34,783 nt of DNA from a virus. Its lineage: Duplodnaviria; Caudoviricetes. This document shows, in pieces, positions 1 through 9,666 of this stretch. The notes beneath the pieces were generated by a model. That model had not been told where the DNA came from and ran no database searches. It was given only the letters and a program-made list of their open reading frames with translations. The stretch's first letter is position 1. Each line of letters starts with the position of its first letter. The stretch spans positions 1-34,783 of the IMG/VR virus record IMGVR_UViG_3300031519_000100; one strand, 5' to 3'. The translations under genes and the position numbers were made by a program.

Positions 1-1
1 T

Positions 2-502
2 AAAACGCTTAACGAATTTGGTAAGTACGTCGTTTCTCAATCAAGAGCAAATCTAACGAGAGGAAAAAAGAACTATACTAAGAACCTTTGGGAAAGTATA
101 AATTATACGTTAGATCAAACTAACGCGGGTCCACGTTTGTATTTTGAGATGGACGATTACGGTATGTTTCAAGATCAAGGAGTAAGAGGTAAGAACCCTA
201 GCCTAGTTAAGAACGGAAAACAAAAAGCTCCTAATAGTAAATTTAGGTTTAAAAATAAAATGCCTCCTCAAAAACCTTTAATGGAATGGGCTAAAAGTAA
301 AAATATAAGATTAAGAGATAGCTCCGGTAAATACAAAAAAGGAGGATATCAAACAATAGGCTTTATATTACAAAAGAGAATATTTGCTCAAGGTTTAAAA
401 CCTAGCTTATTCTTTACTAAACCTTTTGCAAAAGCATTTAAAAACCTACCTCCGGATTTAGGTAATAGCTTCGGTATAGATATAGAAAAAATATTAAGTT
501 AG
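2..502 (+). CDS. 5'-truncated tail completion/neck-like virion protein (variant allele of 32683..33204)
   Basis: Open from base 2 (KTLNEFGKYVVSQSRANL...); homologous to the 173-aa ORF at 32683. Confidence 0.8.
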   Translation, partial: KTLNEFGKYVVSQSRANLTRGKKNYTKNLWESINYTLDQTNAGPRLYFEMDDYGMFQDQGVRGKNPSLVKNGKQKAPNSKFRFKNKMPPQKPLMEWAKSKNIRLRDSSGKYKKGGYQTIGFILQKRIFAQGLKPSLFFTKPFAKAFKNLPPDLGNSFGIDIEKILS

Positions 503-505
503 ATT

Positions 506-2032
506 ATGAGCACAAAGATAAACGCAAGAAGTCCCTTTTTTATAAGTTATACCGAACCGGTTAAGCCATTAGTCGCTTTGACCTGTACGTTAATAGATGC
601 CACAAGTTTCGCCGTAGGCGTTCAAGGAGAGATAACATTACCTAATATAGCTTATGGAACTTTTATAAGTATTACAAGTTCAAGTAGTGATTTTGCTAAC
701 GGTAAATGGGCAGTAGTAGCTTCACCAACTACAAGATCTATGATCGTAAGGGTCTTAGTACCTTCCGGATTTTCTAACGCCGGGGCTTATCTAGATTGTA
801 CCGTTACGGCAAATCAAGTAGTTGCTTCTTGTGTAAATAGAATTACTTTAAATACTCCAATATCAGACAAAACTTTATCTGTCTTTGGTTATTCGACTAC
901 AATAACATTAAGTGATAATTTTAGTATAAGTGCAGGCACATTGGCTTACAAATTAGGACAAAATTCTTTTTCGGAGTTTGATTTGTCTTTACAAGCGGGA
1001 GTAGTAACTATAACAACAAAGACAACGGCGGGTGTATTTCCTGTTGTAATTGTTGCTTTTAGTTCAACAGATAGTACTACTTGCGAGGTTGTAGATAGTT
1101 TTAACGTAACCGTAAATAATGCAGGGACATTTAGTTGTACAACTGCAAACCTTTTAGGAGGAAATATATCGTCGGCAGGTGTATTAACGTTACCAAATTC
1201 GGTTGGTTTAATTACCAAGACGATGGAATCAAGTGGAGGTAATCCAGTTACAAGTGTAGCTGCTAACGGTGCAAGTGGATCAATTAGTAAAACTTTATTT
1301 TATGCCATAACAGTACCAACAGGTTTTGCAAATGCAGGTGCGAGTGTTGAATGTAGTGTATCTTATACTCAAACGTCAAACGTAGTAACTCCAACATTAG
1401 CTTGTAATTTAATTGATTTTGATGATCAGGCTATTTTAACATCAGGAGTTGTATTGCCCGGAACTTTAGAAGATCATAATAGTTTTGCATCAGGTAGTTT
1501 GGATTTAACCGACTTTAATTATACCCCTAAAAGTTTTGCAAAAGTTTCAAGTAATACAGACAGAGATGTTACATATTCAATAACAGTACCTAATGGGTAT
1601 TCAAACGCGGGGGCTACTTTAAGTTGTGTTTACGAAATTTTACAACCTGCGGACGTTAATTTTATAGATTGTAATACAAGAGATGAGGTATTTTTTATAG
1701 GCGTTCAAACTCCTTTAGCCTCAAATTATTTAACTGATTATTCCTATGCTACCGCTAACGTTAGATATTTAAAAGTTTACGCAGATACAACTGATGTATA
1801 TAATCTTCAAGGAAAAACGCTTTGCGTAGGATCAATAGGCGGAACTGATAAAAGTCCTTTTATAGTAGGAAACGGAAACATTACTGCAATAGGTAGAATT
1901 AATTATGGACAGGGCGGTGTATCTACCGTAACAGTACCAGAGGAGTTTTGGATTACATTTGGATCAGGAAACGTAGTACAAACTTTACACCGTAAAAATT
2001 ACGCAAACCAAACAACAGTACAGATATTTTAA
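506..2032 (+). CDS. Putative tail-associated surface/adhesion protein with three Cys-bracketed repeats and an Ig-like domain
   Basis: 508 aa, Ser/Thr/Val-rich; three repeats ending VPxG[FY]xNAGAx[LV]xC; lies in the tail operon. Confidence 0.6.
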   Translation: MSTKINARSPFFISYTEPVKPLVALTCTLIDATSFAVGVQGEITLPNIAYGTFISITSSSSDFANGKWAVVASPTTRSMIVRVLVPSGFSNAGAYLDCTVTANQVVASCVNRITLNTPISDKTLSVFGYSTTITLSDNFSISAGTLAYKLGQNSFSEFDLSLQAGVVTITTKTTAGVFPVVIVAFSSTDSTTCEVVDSFNVTVNNAGTFSCTTANLLGGNISSAGVLTLPNSVGLITKTMESSGGNPVTSVAANGASGSISKTLFYAITVPTGFANAGASVECSVSYTQTSNVVTPTLACNLIDFDDQAILTSGVVLPGTLEDHNSFASGSLDLTDFNYTPKSFAKVSSNTDRDVTYSITVPNGYSNAGATLSCVYEILQPADVNFIDCNTRDEVFFIGVQTPLASNYLTDYSYATANVRYLKVYADTTDVYNLQGKTLCVGSIGGTDKSPFIVGNGNITAIGRINYGQGGVSTVTVPEEFWITFGSGNVVQTLHRKNYANQTTVQIF

Positions 2033-2034
2033 TT

Positions 2035-3021
2035 ATGGCATTTGAATCGGTAAACTTACAAATATATATTTATAGCGGAACTTCGGGATCTTATACGGAT
2101 ACGGATTTAAAATACACAATATCTAAAAGCCTAATAGGTACGGACTCAAATATAATGTTTGAGATAGGAGAGCTAGTAAGAGACTATATAACGGTATCTT
2201 TTAATAACGATTATCTTTCAAATACTATTTGGGTTTCTACCGTTGGAACTATTTTAACGGATTTAGGATCTGCGTTTGATTACGGAAGCCCGGTTATAAA
2301 TCATTACTTAGCTTTTGACGGTTACGGTTATTTTGAAGATGCAATTAATCCTCAACTTTCAACCGACGCTTTAATAAGCGCAAATACTATTTACTTACCG
2401 GAAGGAGTAGCGGGAAAACTACCGTTATTTGCGGAAGGCGTAGGAAAGGTAATTATAGACTCGACTACGACTCAAGTAACGGATAACGGAAACTCAAACC
2501 AAAAGATTCAGTATTTAACAATACCCGCTAATAGTACTACTATAAAAGTTTACGCTACCGACGATAGTACTCTTAAAAAAACGATTAACGTAATTAACCT
2601 ATGCGAACCAAAGTTTACTCCTTATAAAGTTACTTTCTTAAATCGTATGGGATCTTATCAAGACGTTTATTTTTTCAAAAAGAGTATAGAAACTTTTAAC
2701 GTAACCGACGAAACCTACAAACGTAATACCGTAAATACCTCAACCGTTACTTATTCCTTAAACGAAACTCAACAACAAAGGTATAACGCAAACGCAACTA
2801 AAAGCATAACGTTAAATACCGGTTTTATAAACGAGGATTCTAATAAAACGATAGAAGAGTTATTCTTATCGGAGAACGCTTGGATTAGGTACGACGGTAA
2901 TACATTGCCTATAATACCTAAAACTAAATCTATGACCTTTAAAACAAGCTTAAACGATAAGCTATCAAACTATACGGTAGACTTCGATTTTGCTTTTAAC
3001 AAGATAAACAATGTACGCTAA
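2035..3021 (+). CDS. Tail structural protein (distal tail-like)
   Basis: 328 aa, beta-rich, directly upstream of and coupled (TAATG) to the large tail-tip gene. Confidence 0.55.
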   Translation: MAFESVNLQIYIYSGTSGSYTDTDLKYTISKSLIGTDSNIMFEIGELVRDYITVSFNNDYLSNTIWVSTVGTILTDLGSAFDYGSPVINHYLAFDGYGYFEDAINPQLSTDALISANTIYLPEGVAGKLPLFAEGVGKVIIDSTTTQVTDNGNSNQKIQYLTIPANSTTIKVYATDDSTLKKTINVINLCEPKFTPYKVTFLNRMGSYQDVYFFKKSIETFNVTDETYKRNTVNTSTVTYSLNETQQQRYNANATKSITLNTGFINEDSNKTIEELFLSENAWIRYDGNTLPIIPKTKSMTFKTSLNDKLSNYTVDFDFAFNKINNVR

Positions 3022-5939
3022 TGTTAGCATTAAAATTATACGTTGCGGATCAAGACGGGGTATTAACTCAAGTAGATTTATTTAAAGATGAGTCCGTTAC
3101 TCTTACTCAATCAATACAAGACGTTAGAGATATAGAGAAAGTATTTACCGATTTTAGTCAGACCTTTTCGGTTCCGGCTAGTAAATTAAACAATAAGGTA
3201 TTTCAACATTTCTATAATTATAATATCGAAGGCTTTGACGCTCGAGTAAAAAGAGATTCAGAGTTATTCTTAAACGACGAGCTATTTAGAAAGGGAAAGA
3301 TAAAGCTAGAAGGAGCTACAACGAAAAACAATAAGGCGCATACTTACAAGATAACCTTTTTCGGTAGTACGGTTAACTTAAAAGATATACTAGGAGAGGA
3401 TAAGATATCCGCTTTAGAGTTTCTAAATAACTTTAAGTTTGATTATACCGACGCTAATATAAAAACCTATATGAGCAACGGGTTAGACGTAACCGTAGAC
3501 AACGTTATTTACGAGGACGCTTTACTCTTTCCTTTAATAAGCCATACGAAGCGTTTAATATACGATTCAACTTCAAGCTCGAGTTTCAAAAAAACGGATA
3601 AACAAAATAATATAGTATATGTAAATAATCAAGGTAGTACTATCGATTATGGTTTAGAGATATCCGAATTAAAACCCGCTTTTAGAGTTGATATAATTAT
3701 TAAAGCTATCGAGCAACAATACAATATAAACTTTACTAACGATTTTTTCAACGCCGGTAATATACCTTACTATAACTTATATCTTTGGTTACATCATAAA
3801 ACGGGAGGGCTATTTGTAGATGACGAAAGCTCTTCGGTATTTGGAAACTTTGTTCAAGATAAAGGCAACGGTAACAATATAACTTTAAGTAGATCTAGTT
3901 TTAGAACTCCAAATAGAGGAGCAAATAGAAAAAATAGAAAAAAACAACGTACTTTAAATCTTACGGTAGTTCCTAGTAATACAACTCCAACCTTTAATAT
4001 ACTCTTAAAAAAAGACGGTTTAGTAATCGAAGAGTATAAGGATCAACAAGTAAACGCCGTCGGTAATACCGAATGGCACGAATGGGGTATAGAAATAGAC
4101 GAAGGTATTTATACTATTGAAGTAGAATGTAATACCGCCGTTACTTTTGGATTTAAAGGGCAAGTAGAAAGAAAGGGAATTTTAGTTACTCCGGATCATT
4201 GGACGGGAACCGCTACAACAATCGTAGGAAACAATATTAACGCCTCTTCTAAATTACCGAATATTAAAATTATAGATTTTATAACCGGTTTGTTTAAGAT
4301 GTTTAATTTAACGGCGTTTCAAAATTATGCCGGAGATATAGAAGTTAAGACTTTAGATTCTTTTTACGAATCGAGTAAAACGGTTTGGGATATTACCAAA
4401 GATATTGATAAGACAGAGCAGACGGTAGATAGCGTATTACCTTTTAAACAAATAGATTTTGATTACAAAGGAACGAAGACTTTTTTAGCCGCAAATTATA
4501 AAGAAAGAGAATATAAAAAATGGGGATCCGCTAACGAAACACCTAAAGAAAAAGTAGAAGGACAAGTATATACAGTACAAAACCCTTTTGAGCATATGAT
4601 GTTTGAAAGACTAAGGGATCAAAATAGCTCCTCTCCAAATCTTACGTCTATACAATACGGTTGGAGTGCCGATATAAAACAAGAACCAACTTTAGGAGAT
4701 CCTTTATTATTTTATCCGGTTTTAAATACGGGAACGGCAATAGGGATAATAGATTCTACTAGCTCGGTTAGTTCCAAATCTAGTTATTACGTTCCGTCTA
4801 ACTCTTCTCTTCTTACGGATTCGGTAAATATAAACTACGCCGCCGAAGGGAACGAGTATGCCGGAAATACGTTTTTAAAAACTCTATTCGATCAATACTA
4901 TAAAAAATATATAACGGAGGTTTTCGATTCGGGACGTAGACTAACTACAACTAAAGCATACTTACCAATTAGCGTAACTAAAAATATGACTCTTGCGGAT
5001 AAGTTTAGAATATCTGACAGGCTTTATAAGATTAATAAAATAGTAACAAACTTTGAAAATAATTTATCGACTTTAGAATTAATTAACACAAGAACAAATC
5101 TTGGAGATTTAATAATTGTTGACACTCAAATAAAACAAAAATATGATAATGTAGCTAAATGTATAACCGTTGATACGGATACTATAACGGTAGACTCAAT
5201 TATAGAAAAAGCTAGTATGGGATGCGGAGACGTTAACGACGGTAAAATACTAGACAACCCAAGTGATAACCAATCTTCTGATATATTGAATCCCAACGAT
5301 CCGGATCCGGGGAACTCCTCGGGTGCTATAATTGTAAGTCCTCCTACTATTGCAAAAATTGGAGACAACGTAGTACACGGAACAGGTACGAATTACACAA
5401 TTAATCCGACTTGGTCTATTACCGAGTTAGGTAAAATAGATCAAACTAAAAACGTAGATGAATATGGTTTTATATTTTCAACAAATAAAGCTAGTTTGTT
5501 AGGTACTGATCTTGAAACAATTAAATTAAACTCTAATACTACGGTTGTTAAATATCCACAAACAGCGTTTACTAACAAGCCAAGCACACCGCATTTAGTT
5601 AAAGTTACAGACTACGCTATTAATTACGGAACTATAAATTACTATATATTTTACGCTAGAACAAATACAAACACTAACTATGATTTTGCAGATGCAATTT
5701 CTGATATTCAAATAGTAAATGCTAGTTCTTATTGTAGCGGAGACTTTTATCAAGGTGTAGCGGTATTTAATGGAGATAAGGAAAATACAATTACATTTCT
5801 AACTAAAGATGGTTACGTAAGAACATATACAATATTGGCAAATGCACAATCAAGTTACTTTGAATGCATTTGTTTAGATTCAATTACTTTAACACACCCT
5901 GCAACAATAGATACGCTATTTGCAGTAAAATGTACATAA
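3021..5939 (+). CDS. Large tail tip/baseplate hub-like protein with variable C-terminal extension
   Basis: 972 aa; N-terminal VDLFKDESVTLTQSIQD...FSQTFSVPAS is typical of siphophage tail-tip proteins; position in tail operon. Confidence 0.65.
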   Translation: MLALKLYVADQDGVLTQVDLFKDESVTLTQSIQDVRDIEKVFTDFSQTFSVPASKLNNKVFQHFYNYNIEGFDARVKRDSELFLNDELFRKGKIKLEGATTKNNKAHTYKITFFGSTVNLKDILGEDKISALEFLNNFKFDYTDANIKTYMSNGLDVTVDNVIYEDALLFPLISHTKRLIYDSTSSSSFKKTDKQNNIVYVNNQGSTIDYGLEISELKPAFRVDIIIKAIEQQYNINFTNDFFNAGNIPYYNLYLWLHHKTGGLFVDDESSSVFGNFVQDKGNGNNITLSRSSFRTPNRGANRKNRKKQRTLNLTVVPSNTTPTFNILLKKDGLVIEEYKDQQVNAVGNTEWHEWGIEIDEGIYTIEVECNTAVTFGFKGQVERKGILVTPDHWTGTATTIVGNNINASSKLPNIKIIDFITGLFKMFNLTAFQNYAGDIEVKTLDSFYESSKTVWDITKDIDKTEQTVDSVLPFKQIDFDYKGTKTFLAANYKEREYKKWGSANETPKEKVEGQVYTVQNPFEHMMFERLRDQNSSSPNLTSIQYGWSADIKQEPTLGDPLLFYPVLNTGTAIGIIDSTSSVSSKSSYYVPSNSSLLTDSVNINYAAEGNEYAGNTFLKTLFDQYYKKYITEVFDSGRRLTTTKAYLPISVTKNMTLADKFRISDRLYKINKIVTNFENNLSTLELINTRTNLGDLIIVDTQIKQKYDNVAKCITVDTDTITVDSIIEKASMGCGDVNDGKILDNPSDNQSSDILNPNDPDPGNSSGAIIVSPPTIAKIGDNVVHGTGTNYTINPTWSITELGKIDQTKNVDEYGFIFSTNKASLLGTDLETIKLNSNTTVVKYPQTAFTNKPSTPHLVKVTDYAINYGTINYYIFYARTNTNTNYDFADAISDIQIVNASSYCSGDFYQGVAVFNGDKENTITFLTKDGYVRTYTILANAQSSYFECICLDSITLTHPATIDTLFAVKCT

Positions 5940-6088
5940 TGATAGAGAATATATTAAACCTTTTAGCAATAGCTAAAGAAGAAAAAGCCCGAGGCGAGTA
6001 TATAGATATAGCTTTAGGTAAAAACAAATTACCCGAATCAATTAAGGAGGGATTAAATCAATATAAAAGAGGGCTATGGCAAAAGTAG
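5939..6088 (+). CDS. Small hypothetical protein (49 aa)
   Basis: ATG overlaps the upstream stop (TAATG); MIENILNLLAIAKEE...; end overlaps the tape measure start. Confidence 0.65.
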   Translation: MIENILNLLAIAKEEKARGEYIDIALGKNKLPESIKEGLNQYKRGLWQK

Positions 6089-7626
6089 TAATGGACGTCG
6101 AGGTAAAAACCGACAGCGCAATAAATAACGTAGACGATCTTAAAGATTCGATAGAAGACGTAGGTAAAGAAACTAAGAACGTCGCAGAGGAAAGCTCAGA
6201 GATGGGTAACCAACTAGACGCTGCTGCGGGCGGAGCTATAACAAAATTTAAAGGATTAATAGGAACCGTAGGAGGTGTCGTAAAAAGTTTTAAAACGTTA
6301 AGAGGTGCAATTATTGCAACGGGAATAGGAGCTTTAATTTTAGCTATCGGTGCCGTAGGAGCGGCGTTTACCAACTCCGAAGAAGGACAGAATAAGTTCT
6401 CTAAAATAATGATGCAAATCGGTGTTGTTACCGGAAACGTAATAGATATTTTAGCAAACTTAGGAAAGGGTATAATGTCTTTAGCTAAAATCTTTAGCGA
6501 TCCGGCGGCTGCGCTTCAAGGATTTAAAGACGGTATAGGCGATGCGGTAAACGGTATTAAAAACTTTAACGAAGAAACCAAAAAGGAGATTAAGTTAGCC
6601 GGTGAGTTATCGGATCAATACGCGGAGGCGGATAGAGCAGAGAGAGCTTTATTAGTTGCAAGAGCTAAAGCAAATAGAGATAGAGCCGAACTTTTAGAGA
6701 AAGCCGTTAATAAGGATAAGTTTAGTACTAAAGAAAGAATAGGATTTCTAGAGGAAGCCGGAGCGTTAGAGGAAAAAATAACAAATCAAGAAATAGAAGC
6801 GGCAAGGTTAAGGTTTGAAGCTAAACAACAAGAAAATACTTTATCCGGATCAACTAAAGAAGATCTCTTAGAGGAAGAACAATTAAGAGCGAGATTAATA
6901 GATCTCGAAACGGCAAAGCTTACAAAAGCTAAAGAGGTAACAAGTCAAGTTATAGCGTTGAGAGCAGAGGAAGCGGCGGCGTTAAAAGTTATAAGAGATC
7001 AAGAAGCAGCCGAAATCAAAGAAGCTCAAGACTTAAAAGACGCTCAAGACAAAGAAAGAGACGATAGAATAGCTAAAGAAAAATCGGATGCGGCAGCGAA
7101 AGCAAAAACTGCGAGAGAACAAGCGGAAAAAGAAGAGGCAGACGCAAAGGCGGCAGCTTTAGATTTAGCGGCGGCTCAAAGAGACAATACTTTAAACGCT
7201 ATTATTAGTCTAGCCGGAGAAGGTTCTAAGGTAGGTAAAGCGGCGGCTTTAGCACAAGCTACTATATCCGGAATACAAGGAGTACAAGCCGCGTTTACTA
7301 CGGCTCAAGCTTCCCCTATTACGGTAGCGTTTCCGGCATATCCTTTTATACAGGCAGGTATTGCGGGAGCCTTTGCGCTTAAAACTATTAAAAGTATTGC
7401 AAGTTCTAAAAAACCTAGCGCATCTTCTAGCGGAGGAGGAGGAGCGGCTGCGTCGGAACCTCAAGCACCGAGTTTTAACGTTGTAGGAGCTTCGGATACT
7501 AATCAATTAGCCCAAGCTATCGGAGAGGATAGTAAAAAACCGGTAAAAGCCTTTGTAGTAAGCGGAGACGTTTCTACGGCTCAATCTTTAGACCGTAATA
7601 TAGTCGAAGGAGCTTCGATAGGATAA
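6076..7626 (+). CDS. Tail tape measure protein
   Basis: 516 aa, Ala/Glu/Lys-rich coiled coil with hydrophobic Gly/Ala segments (AIIATGIGALILAIG). Confidence 0.8.
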   Translation: MAKVVMDVEVKTDSAINNVDDLKDSIEDVGKETKNVAEESSEMGNQLDAAAGGAITKFKGLIGTVGGVVKSFKTLRGAIIATGIGALILAIGAVGAAFTNSEEGQNKFSKIMMQIGVVTGNVIDILANLGKGIMSLAKIFSDPAAALQGFKDGIGDAVNGIKNFNEETKKEIKLAGELSDQYAEADRAERALLVARAKANRDRAELLEKAVNKDKFSTKERIGFLEEAGALEEKITNQEIEAARLRFEAKQQENTLSGSTKEDLLEEEQLRARLIDLETAKLTKAKEVTSQVIALRAEEAAALKVIRDQEAAEIKEAQDLKDAQDKERDDRIAKEKSDAAAKAKTAREQAEKEEADAKAAALDLAAAQRDNTLNAIISLAGEGSKVGKAAALAQATISGIQGVQAAFTTAQASPITVAFPAYPFIQAGIAGAFALKTIKSIASSKKPSASSSGGGGAAASEPQAPSFNVVGASDTNQLAQAIGEDSKKPVKAFVVSGDVSTAQSLDRNIVEGASIG

Positions 7627-7631
7627 TATAT

Positions 7632-7658
7632 AACAAAACAATTTAAAAATTATTATAT
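7632..7658 (+). promoter_or_regulatory. Phage-specific late promoter motif, copy 1
   Basis: AACAAA-N12-TTATTATAT; ATG at 7663. Confidence 0.75.
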
Positions 7659-7662
7659 TAAT

Positions 7663-8664
7663 ATGGATATAGTTGAACTATTTATAGACGAAAACGATGA
7701 GGTTTCCGGAGTGGAGGCAGTAAGCGTAGTAGAAAACCCGGCAATAGAATCCGATTTTGTAGCTTTAAAGGCAGAGGAGTTTAAACTAGCCGAGGTAGAT
7801 AAAGAAAAACGTATACTGATGGGAGCCGCCTTAATTCCAAACAAACCAATCTATCGTCAAAATAAAGACTCAGAATATTATATTTACTTTAGTAAGGCAA
7901 CAGTTCGTAAAGCAAGCGAGTTATTCTTTATTAGAGGCAATCAAAACAATACTACGATAGAGCATCAATTAGAGCTTAAGGGATTAACGACCGTTGAATC
8001 GTGGATCGTAGAATCGGAGCAAGATAAAAGTAGAATGTACAATTTAAACGTACCTATTGGAACTTGGATGATCTCCGTAAAAGTAAATAACGATAAAGTT
8101 TGGCAGCAAGTCAAAGCCGGCGAAGTGAAAGGTTTTAGTATAGAAGGATATTTTGCGGAAAAATTAGAAACAAGACCTAACGAACCGGTAAAAGATGACT
8201 TATCTAAAATAGAAGATCAGTATTTAGTTGAAGAGTTAAAAGAACTTTTACAAGAAGAAAAATTAGAGTCTTATTCCGATTACCCAAGCGGTGTTAAAAA
8301 TAACGCTAAAAGAGGTATTGAGCTTAACGAAAAAGTAAACAACAAATGCGCAACTCAAGTAGGTAAAGTAAGAGCGCAGCAATTAGCTCAAGGAAAACCA
8401 ATAACAACGGAAACTATAAAAAGAATGTTTAGTTATCTAAGTAGGGCAAGAGAAGATTACGACGAAAACGATTCGAAAGCTTGCGGAACTATTTCTTACT
8501 TATTATGGGGCGGTAAAGCCGGTTTACGTTGGGCGGGTTCTAAACTTAAAGAACTCGATTTAATAGAAGAGTCGTTAAAGAAACCTTGTTACGACGGTTA
8601 CGAAATGATAGGCTTTAAAATGAAAGACGGAAAAAAAGTGCCTAATTGCGTTCCAATAAAATAA
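7663..8664 (+). CDS. Prohead protease (XkdF-like) with C-terminal accessory domains
   Basis: AVSVVENPAIE, GAALIPNKPIYR, EH, GTW and KGFSIEG motifs; upstream of scaffold and capsid genes. Confidence 0.8.
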   Translation: MDIVELFIDENDEVSGVEAVSVVENPAIESDFVALKAEEFKLAEVDKEKRILMGAALIPNKPIYRQNKDSEYYIYFSKATVRKASELFFIRGNQNNTTIEHQLELKGLTTVESWIVESEQDKSRMYNLNVPIGTWMISVKVNNDKVWQQVKAGEVKGFSIEGYFAEKLETRPNEPVKDDLSKIEDQYLVEELKELLQEEKLESYSDYPSGVKNNAKRGIELNEKVNNKCATQVGKVRAQQLAQGKPITTETIKRMFSYLSRAREDYDENDSKACGTISYLLWGGKAGLRWAGSKLKELDLIEESLKKPCYDGYEMIGFKMKDGKKVPNCVPIK

Positions 8665-8665
8665 T

Positions 8666-9013
8666 ATGAGTAAAAATCCAAGTCCTCAAAACGATAGTCG
8701 AGCTTGTCTTTGTAAAGACGGCGTTAGCTATTCTAGAGAATGTTGCGACGGTAGTTACCAAGCTCAAGGAATAGGGAGTACGGTAAAAACTACAATAACT
8801 AGATACTATACCGTAACTAATTGTAACGGAGGGCATAAACATATACATACGCACGATCTTGAGTTAACGGTAGGTAATATATACTATTTGGTTTTTGTAC
8901 ATCATAACCATACGGATTGTTATACTATAACGGCAACTAGAACAAACGGACATTTTGAAATAAGTACGGCTAACGCCTATAATAATTGTACAACTTGCCA
9001 AGCGGCGAACTAA
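8666..9013 (+). CDS. Cys/His-rich hypothetical protein
   Basis: 115 aa; RACLC...ECCDGS...QGIG, HKHIHTH, HHNH, CTTC. Confidence 0.7.
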   Translation: MSKNPSPQNDSRACLCKDGVSYSRECCDGSYQAQGIGSTVKTTITRYYTVTNCNGGHKHIHTHDLELTVGNIYYLVFVHHNHTDCYTITATRTNGHFEISTANAYNNCTTCQAAN

Positions 9014-9019
9014 AAATAC

Positions 9020-9046
9020 AACAAACTAAAAACTAATTTATTATAT
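9020..9046 (+). promoter_or_regulatory. Phage-specific late promoter motif, copy 2
   Basis: AACAAA-N12-TTATTATAT; ATG at 9051. Confidence 0.75.
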
Positions 9047-9050
9047 ATAT

Positions 9051-9659
9051 ATGAAATCAACTGATATGTTAAATAAAGTAAAAGAAATTCTTGGGGTTGA
9101 ATTATCCGAAGAAAAAGAAGTTAAGTTGGCACAAGCCGAACTTGAGAACGGGACTATCATAGAATCGGAAAGCTTCGCCGTGGGCAACGAGATCTTTATA
9201 GTTACCGAAGATGAGCGTGTTCCTTTACCTCCCGGTGAATATAAATTAATTGACGGTGAAACTATAATCGTTGAAGAGGAAGGTATTATATCCTCTATTG
9301 GAGCCGTTGAAGAAGCTCCCGCCGAAGAAGAAGTAGAAGCGGAAGAAGATAAAAAGGAAGAGATGGGTTACGCTACTAAAGAAGAACTCGAAGAAGTTAA
9401 AAAAGTAGTAGAAGAAATTAAAGCTATTCTCGATCCAAAACAAGAAGAGGAAGAAATGAGCGAAGAAGCCGATACGAGCGTTAAGTCGGAAGAGACTACA
9501 ACGAAAACGGTATACGCTAAAAAAGAGGAGATGGCTCAAGTTGAAAAGGTTACTCATAACCCGGAAAACGAGACAAATAAAAAAATGAATCTATATTCTC
9601 AAAAAAGAGGTAATAGTACCTTAGATAGAGTAATGCAAAAAATATCAAACTTTAAATAA
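9051..9659 (+). CDS. Capsid scaffolding protein
   Basis: 202 aa, very Glu-rich, between protease and capsid genes. Confidence 0.7.
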   Translation: MKSTDMLNKVKEILGVELSEEKEVKLAQAELENGTIIESESFAVGNEIFIVTEDERVPLPPGEYKLIDGETIIVEEEGIISSIGAVEEAPAEEEVEAEEDKKEEMGYATKEELEEVKKVVEEIKAILDPKQEEEEMSEEADTSVKSEETTTKTVYAKKEEMAQVEKVTHNPENETNKKMNLYSQKRGNSTLDRVMQKISNFK

Positions 9660-9666
9660 ATAGAAA

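Larger units (their letters stand above)
1..2083 (+). repeat. Terminal direct repeat, left copy
   Basis: Matches 32703-34783. Divergent over 1-577 (7 substitutions in the first 60 bp, 2-bp indel near 503); identical by eye from 578 onward. Confidence 0.97.

Noticed and set aside
506-2032. True gene duplication of the 508-aa gene
   Set aside because: The second copy lies wholly in the terminal overlap, so a circular or terminally redundant genome explains it.
2021-2037. Possible frameshift or readthrough fusing the 508-aa and 328-aa ORFs
   Set aside because: ATA TTT TAA is not a usable -1 slippery heptamer, readthrough would be out of frame, and the downstream gene has its own ATG.
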